Shown here piece after piece: positions 25,634 to 32,248 of a DNA stretch of 32,248 nt. Numbering within the stretch: the first letter of the stretch is position 1; each line of letters begins with the position of its first letter. The notes under the pieces are model-generated. The model saw only the letters and a program-made list of their open reading frames with translations. It had not been told where the DNA came from and searched no databases. Both the position numbers and the translations under genes were made by a program. Source of the stretch: Bacteroidota bacterium (GTDB taxonomy: Bacteria > Bacteroidota > Bacteroidia > Flavobacteriales > Flavobacteriaceae); the NCBI GenBank assembly GCA_041158485.1, contig JBEBBH010000041.1, positions 1 to 32,248 of the forward strand, read 5' to 3'.

Positions 25634-27922
25634 TCTTATAATCATCACTTTTTTAACCGTGGTTTCTGAGGCATCTTCGGCGGCAATAAAAATCATGTAA
25701 ACGCCTGAAGCTACTTTGTATTTACCAAAAGCGGTAGTGTCCCATTCGATGGTACCTCCGGTTGCAGTGGTTTCGTACACTAAACTTCCTTCGATATCGG
25801 TAATTTTAATATTGGCACCCGAGGTTAAGCCTGCAATTTTAACGGTTCCCACAAACTCGGGACGCACCGGATTCGGATAGACATACACGTCTTTTAAGTT
25901 ATCGGCCGGTTTGGTAGCTGTTCCTTGAAAAGAGACCATGCCTCTGTCGGTGGCAAAGAAAACCTCTCCGGTTTCGGCATTGATGTCAATATCGGTAATC
26001 ACGTTGCTGGGCAGCGGCGAATTGTCTTTGGTAAAGTGATAGATGGTTTCCTGCCCGTTTGGAGAAAAGAGAAATACCCCGGAATCGGCAGTGCCAATCC
26101 ATTTTTCGTTCGAACCGTTAACTACGATGTCGGTAATGAATTGTTCGTACAAGAGCTCTTGTGCCAAATCGTCTTCCAAAATAATGATAGCATTGGCTCG
26201 CATTTGTTCCGTACCATTGTAACTTCCTGTACTTGGTAATACGCGCAATCCTTTGTTAGTGCCGATCCAAACTTGGTTTCGGTTGTCGATGGCAATAGCC
26301 CTTACATCTCTGGAAGGTAAGTTTCCGTTATCCGGGCCTTCAGTAATTTTTTTGAATTCGTTCACCGTTTCGTTAAAAGCGATAACGCCATCGAGGTAAG
26401 TGGCCATCCATTTGGTTCCGGTTCTGTCGATGACTATTTTATTCATATTGGCCGAGGTGAAATTATCCAATATGCCTTCTAAATTATAAGATTGCCATTG
26501 TCCGCCACTTTTCAATACTTTCAATTGGTTTTTGATGTTGTTATTGGTTACCCAAAGGTTGCCTTGGCGGTCGAAAGCAGTGCCGTTGATTCTGACACTG
26601 ATGTTCGAACCGTCTACCAAAGATTCTAAACCACTGTTGGTTTGGTCATACAGCATGGTGGGTATATCGCTTTCAATTTTCAGCAATCCTCTGTGATAGG
26701 AACTCATAAAAACCTCATTTTCATTGGTAGGATTGACAGTGATTTTGGAAAGGGCTTGGGCGCCTAATAAATCCGTGTAAGGGATGTGTAGCCAACCATT
26801 AGTTGCATTGTATTTTGAGATTTCAAATTGTGGCGGGCTAAAGCCAAAATAAGTGTATGGATTGTAAAAAATATCGTAACCACCATAAGTCACCCACAGA
26901 TTTGACGATGAGGCGTCAATGGCGAAAAGTTTGTTTTTGGTTGGTCCTGTAGGCATGATAAATTCGAAATTAGTAGGAGCGCTGACCGGAGCCGATAATA
27001 CGCCGTTTTCGTTGGTGCCTATATAAATGGTATTGTTGATTACGGTAGCCGCAGTAAAAGTCACCGTTGGCGAAGTCACTTGAATGCTTTGGATGTGAGC
27101 CACGGTATTTGATCCTGTATTGATAACATAAACGTGATTGACTGAAGCTGCAATAAGGTAGTCATTAGTCGCTCTGAAGTCGATGCAAGCCTCACCAATG
27201 TTTGCGACTTCAATAAAACCGCCGTTGTGTTTGTAGATTTTGTTGTTGGTGCTGTAGAGGAATAATTGGTTGTTGAAGGTTGTTATACCAAACCAATAGC
27301 CGCCGTCGAAAGAGGTCCACTGCGCAAAGTCGATTAGGTTTGGACTAGACAAATTGGCTTTTAGGATGCCGTTAAGTTGTGTAACAGCATAAATTTCTCC
27401 ATTGAGAACAGCCGTTTGGAAAACTTTGATTTCTTGTCCGTTTGGTCCGATAAAATAGGTGTCGCCAAATTCGAGCGTTGCTAATTTGTATTGCACAATT
27501 CCAAAATCACACGACAGGTATAAAATGCCTTCGTGTTCGGTAAAGTGATTGATTTTTTTGATGTTAGCCGGAAGGTTTTTGTTAATTATATCAACCACAT
27601 TCAACATACTGCCGTCTACATCATTAAGAACAATCATCAACCCGCTTTCGTAGCCCACTACGGTTTTTTGAAAGGCATCGCTATGGTGTATTGCCGAAAT
27701 AGTTTGTCCGGATAAGCCATCGATGGTATTGATGGTTTGGATGTTATTGGATACAATATTCTTGGTAAACAAGGCATTTTCAGAAGCGGCGTAAACTTTG
27801 GCTGCCGATTCAGAAAGGTCTTTGATTTGATTGTATGAAAAATACCCTTTCCAATTTTGGTTTTGTTGTGACCAACTCCATTGGAATGAAAAGAGCAATA
27901 CGTAAAAAAGGCATTTTTTCAT
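25631..27922 (-). CDS. porZ: Type IX secretion system protein PorZ-like (two beta-propellers plus T9SS CTD)
   Basis: WKGYFSY, IDGLSG, Reg_prop-like repeats (AIDNRNQVWIGTNKGL, KWIGTADSGV, NSPLPSN), CTD VYVYPNPVRP...SGVYMI...KKVMIIR; adjacent to recO. Start set at MKKCLFY. Confidence 0.85.
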   Translation of the reverse strand: MKKCLFYVLLFSFQWSWSQQNQNWKGYFSYNQIKDLSESAAKVYAASENALFTKNIVSNNIQTINTIDGLSGQTISAIHHSDAFQKTVVGYESGLMIVLNDVDGSMLNVVDIINKNLPANIKKINHFTEHEGILYLSCDFGIVQYKLATLEFGDTYFIGPNGQEIKVFQTAVLNGEIYAVTQLNGILKANLSSPNLIDFAQWTSFDGGYWFGITTFNNQLFLYSTNNKIYKHNGGFIEVANIGEACIDFRATNDYLIAASVNHVYVINTGSNTVAHIQSIQVTSPTVTFTAATVINNTIYIGTNENGVLSAPVSAPTNFEFIMPTGPTKNKLFAIDASSSNLWVTYGGYDIFYNPYTYFGFSPPQFEISKYNATNGWLHIPYTDLLGAQALSKITVNPTNENEVFMSSYHRGLLKIESDIPTMLYDQTNSGLESLVDGSNISVRINGTAFDRQGNLWVTNNNIKNQLKVLKSGGQWQSYNLEGILDNFTSANMNKIVIDRTGTKWMATYLDGVIAFNETVNEFKKITEGPDNGNLPSRDVRAIAIDNRNQVWIGTNKGLRVLPSTGSYNGTEQMRANAIIILEDDLAQELLYEQFITDIVVNGSNEKWIGTADSGVFLFSPNGQETIYHFTKDNSPLPSNVITDIDINAETGEVFFATDRGMVSFQGTATKPADNLKDVYVYPNPVRPEFVGTVKIAGLTSGANIKITDIEGSLVYETTATGGTIEWDTTAFGKYKVASGVYMIFIAAEDASETTVKKVMIIR

Positions 27923-27939
27923 TGAGCAGCAATTTGACA

Positions 27940-27947
27940 CAAATATA
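27940..27947 (-). promoter_or_regulatory. Sigma-A -7 box (TATATTTG) of porZ-recO
   Basis: Exact match 17 nt upstream of ATG 27922. Confidence 0.7.
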
Positions 27948-27985
27948 GTATAAACGAGAAAAATATCGGTTTGGTATTTTGAGGC

Positions 27986-28018
27986 AAAAAAAAGGCCTTC
28001 GTTTCCGAAGGCACTTTT
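27986..28018 (-). terminator. Intrinsic terminator of gdhA
   Basis: Minus strand GCCTTCG-GAAA-CGAAGGC-C-T8. Confidence 0.88.
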
Positions 28019-28083
28019 AGGTCTATATTTCGCTGCCGTTCCATACAGTTCGGCAGCGGTTTTAGTGGTTGGTTTTATTTGGT

Positions 28084-29541
<1,458 letters not shown>

Positions 29542-29656
29542 TTAAGGAACTTTGGGGAAATTTATATTAAATGTGGTGTTTTAAAACTTTTATTGCTTTT
29601 TTTCGTATATAAATCAACAAATTTTTATTTTATTTTAGAACTGAATGATGTTTTTA

Positions 29657-29664
29657 TATATTTG
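29657..29664 (+). promoter_or_regulatory. Sigma-A -7 box (TATATTTG) of the barrel gene
   Basis: Exact match 21 nt before ATG 29686. Confidence 0.7.
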
Positions 29665-29685
29665 TCGAGAATTGAACTTATTAGT

Positions 29686-30474
29686 ATGCAAATGCCCAAA
29701 AAATTTATCATAACTATAGCCTTGTTATTTGCATTTTCAAATAACGCTTTAGCCCAATTTGGTTTTTCACATGAAGTTGGAGTCATTGTAGGGCCGGTTG
29801 CTTTTCAATCGGATTACGGGGAACGATACAACTTTGCTACTAATGCCGGAAATACAGGCTACGGAATAGGATTGATACACTATTTGAATTTTTCTTACCG
29901 AGCAGACTGTAATTGTTACACGCCGGAAACCTATTTTAACGACCACTTCAAGTTAAGAAGTGAGTTGTCATACAACAAAACAGATTTGCAACATTTCGGG
30001 CGTTGGGTTGATCCTGACAGAACCTCTTTGTTTGCTAATCAATTAAGAGGAATGCGTGGGAGTACTTCAGTAACCAATATAGGGATGCAACTTGAATATT
30101 TCCCTTTAAGCATCAGAGATTTTTCTTCTACCATAGGAGCTTGGGCGCCTTTTATCAGTTTAGGAGGTCAATTCAGTTTTTATGATCCTGAGGCTTATTC
30201 AACTTTAGGGCCATTGAATACCCCAATTTCTACACCTATTAAATATTACAATGCAACCACAAACCAAGGCGGAACTGTTTGGTCTATTGTGGGAAGTGTT
30301 GGGACAAGATATAAGTTAACCGAGTTGTCTGACTTAATGGTTGACTTAAGAATGCAGTACTATTTTTCCAATTGGGTTGACGGGTTAAACCCGGATCCGG
30401 CTGTTTATGTTGAAAACAGAGCTAATGATTGGAATGTATGGTTGAACTTTGGTTACATCTATTACTTGCAATAG
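29686..30474 (+). CDS. Outer-membrane beta-barrel protein of unknown function (THC0290_0291/DUF6089-like)
   Basis: Signal peptide ending ALA-Q, HEVGVIVGPVAFQSDYG, amphipathic strands, NWVDGLN, NDWNVWLNFGYIYYL. The N-terminal 51 codons of the ORF track lie in promoter DNA; the start is 29686 or 29692. Confidence 0.7.
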   Translation: MQMPKKFIITIALLFAFSNNALAQFGFSHEVGVIVGPVAFQSDYGERYNFATNAGNTGYGIGLIHYLNFSYRADCNCYTPETYFNDHFKLRSELSYNKTDLQHFGRWVDPDRTSLFANQLRGMRGSTSVTNIGMQLEYFPLSIRDFSSTIGAWAPFISLGGQFSFYDPEAYSTLGPLNTPISTPIKYYNATTNQGGTVWSIVGSVGTRYKLTELSDLMVDLRMQYYFSNWVDGLNPDPAVYVENRANDWNVWLNFGYIYYLQ

Positions 30475-30483
30475 GTCTCTCTT

Positions 30484-31704
30484 TTATTCTTCAGTTGCGT
30501 CCTTATAATCAGGATAAAGAAACTTATTGTACGGGAATCTTGTGATGTGAATTTCTCTCACTGCCTCGTAAACTTTCTCTCTGAATTCCTCAAAGTTTTC
30601 TTTGTTTGTGGCGGAGATGAAAAGCGCATTTTTTTCACCTACATTATGCATCCATGTGGTTTTCCATTCTTCTAAGGTGTAATGCTTCGTTGTTTTTTCG
30701 GTGATTAAATCATCAGCTTCTATAACCAAATGTTTGTAGGCATCGATTTTATTAAAAACCATTATGGTTGGTTTGTCATTGCTTTTGATGTCTTGTAAAA
30801 TCTGATTGACAGAGTCGATGTGTTCTTCAAAATCAGGATGTGAGATGTCTACCACATGCAGTAACAAATCCGCTTCTCTTACCTCGTCCAAAGTGCTTTT
30901 GAAAGATTCAATCAACTGAGTGGGCAATTTTCGAATAAACCCTACGGTGTCTGAGAGTAAAAAAGGCAAGTTTTTAATAACCACTTTACGAACGGTAGTG
31001 TCCAAGGTGGCGAAAAGCTTGTTTTCTACAAACACTTCGCTTTTACTGATGACATTCATCAAGGTTGATTTGCCAACATTGGTATAACCTACTAAAGCAA
31101 CTCTTACCATCGCGCCGCGGTTGCTTCTTTGAACTGCCATTTGTTTGTCGATCGTTTTGATTTTGTCTTTTAACAATGCGATTCTGTCACGCACAATTCG
31201 GCGGTCGGTTTCTATTTCCGTTTCCCCGGGACCACGCAATCCGATACCTCCTTTTTGGCGCTCTAAGTGCGTCCACATTCCGGATAATCTCGGCAATAAA
31301 TATTGGCATTGCGCTAATTCTACTTGGGTTCGCGCATAGGATGTTTCCGCTCTTTGGGCAAAAATATCTAAAATGAGGTTGGTGCGATCTAAAATTTTAC
31401 AATCTAAAATTTTAGAAAGATTTTTTTGTTGGGAAGGAGACAGTTCGTCGTCAAAAATAACGGTAGAGATAGTATTTTCCTTGATGTAAAGATTGATTTC
31501 GTCAATTTTTCCGGTTCCTAAGAAAGTCTTTGGATTGGGTCTTTCCAGCTTTTGAGAAAATCGTTTGATAACTTCTCCTCCTGCTGTAAAAGTCAGGAAT
31601 TCAAGCTCATCAAGGTATTCTTTTAATTTTTCTTCACTTTGGTTTTGGGTAACTATACCAACCAACACCGTGCGTTCAAAATTTATAACTTCTTTTTCTA
31701 ACAT
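30484..31704 (-). CDS. hflX: Ribosome-splitting GTPase HflX
   Basis: LILDIFAQRA, GPGETEIETDRR, GYTNVGKST, LFATLD, DTVGFI, NKID. Start set at MLEKE. Confidence 0.97.
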   Translation of the reverse strand: MLEKEVINFERTVLVGIVTQNQSEEKLKEYLDELEFLTFTAGGEVIKRFSQKLERPNPKTFLGTGKIDEINLYIKENTISTVIFDDELSPSQQKNLSKILDCKILDRTNLILDIFAQRAETSYARTQVELAQCQYLLPRLSGMWTHLERQKGGIGLRGPGETEIETDRRIVRDRIALLKDKIKTIDKQMAVQRSNRGAMVRVALVGYTNVGKSTLMNVISKSEVFVENKLFATLDTTVRKVVIKNLPFLLSDTVGFIRKLPTQLIESFKSTLDEVREADLLLHVVDISHPDFEEHIDSVNQILQDIKSNDKPTIMVFNKIDAYKHLVIEADDLITEKTTKHYTLEEWKTTWMHNVGEKNALFISATNKENFEEFREKVYEAVREIHITRFPYNKFLYPDYKDATEE

Positions 31705-31721
31705 TGTCTTCAATTGAGTTA

Positions 31722-31729
31722 CAAAAGTA
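31722..31729 (-). promoter_or_regulatory. Sigma-A -7 box (TACTTTTG) of hflX
   Basis: Exact match 17 nt upstream of the ATG. Confidence 0.7.
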
Positions 31730-31836
31730 AGGATTAGAAGCTAAACTTTAGGTAGAATTATTTTACTAAAACATAACATTAATTTGAATTATTGTTCCAA
31801 AAAAAATTTAAAAGGTATTTTTTTCATATTTTTTAC

Positions 31837-31844
31837 TAAATTTG
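31837..31844 (+). promoter_or_regulatory. Sigma-A -7 box (TAAATTTG) of the last gene
   Basis: Exact match about 50 nt before ATG 31894. Confidence 0.6.
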
Positions 31845-31893
31845 GAACTCAAATTCCAAAAAAACTCAATTAAACAACTAAAATTTTCATTTC

Positions 31894-32248
31894 ATGAAAA
31901 AAACTACATTACTAATTTTGTTGATGTTCTTTTCTGTCTTTGGCTACTCACAAATGGCTTTGGAAGGATTCGAATCAACAACAGGTCCGGCTGCACTACC
32001 TTCTACGACCTGGGCTTTAGGAACAGGTAACTGGGCCGTTTTTGATAACGGAGTAGGAACCGTTCAGCGATGGGGAATCAACTCAACAGTAGTAACCCCT
32101 CCAACGCCTCCGATTGTTTATCAAGGCACTAACGCGGCCTATGTAAATCGTGAAAACATCGGACAGAACAATACTTCCGAGGATTACTTGGCAACCCCAT
32201 TGGTGACCATTCCAACGAATGGTCAACTTCGTTTTTACACCCGAAGTT
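31894..32248 (+). CDS. 5' part of a secreted protein, probably a large T9SS-exported adhesin-like protein (truncated by the window; not in the ORF track)
   Basis: Open frame MKKTTLLILLMFFSVFGYSQ-MALEGFESTTG...NWAVFDNG...YQGTNAAYV...SEDYLATPLVTIP...LRFYTRS. Signal peptide followed by an EGFE...W...DYLxTP pattern like cleaved-adhesin/choice-of-anchor J domains. Confidence 0.75.
   Translation, partial: MKKTTLLILLMFFSVFGYSQMALEGFESTTGPAALPSTTWALGTGNWAVFDNGVGTVQRWGINSTVVTPPTPPIVYQGTNAAYVNRENIGQNNTSEDYLATPLVTIPTNGQLRFYTRS

Noticed and set aside
31842-32030. 62-aa plus-strand ORF in the track
   Set aside because: Wrong frame; the real gene starts at 31894 and stays open to the window end.

Overview
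An AT-rich, gene-dense chromosomal window, most likely from a Flavobacterium (Bacteroidota). That assignment rests on TAnnTTTG -7 promoter boxes before most genes, A-rich translation starts without Shine-Dalgarno, PorZ next to recO, and a type-2 IleRS. It is mostly core genome: a membrane protein, a TonB-dependent receptor, pgi, an M23 peptidase-TDO-DUF3108 operon, hppD/hmgA, an APC permease, a patatin-barrel protein, uvrC, a PLP decarboxylase, 5-formyl-THF cyclo-ligase, lspA, an inserted LVIVD-type lipoprotein, a DksA/TraR protein, ileS, recO, porZ, gdhA, an outer-membrane barrel, hflX and the 5' end of a secreted protein. I saw no rRNA, tRNA, CRISPR array, transposase or prophage. The most interesting signals are non-coding. 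(1) An unannotated ~110-nt sRNA candidate (8264-8375, minus strand) has its own promoter, a 5' hairpin, a G/U-rich single-stranded seed and a terminator. Its seed is complementary to the start region of the neighbouring amino-acid permease, and a 9-nt match lies in the structured gdhA 3' UTR, suggesting a GcvB/SroC-like circuit. (2) Two tandem micro-ORFs precede hmgA. (3) Two related structured repeat elements lie in intergenic spacers. (4) There are inverted 7/8-mer tandem-repeat pairs. (5) A LacI-type palindrome sits at the gdhA start. All product calls come from motif recognition by eye; no database searches were run.
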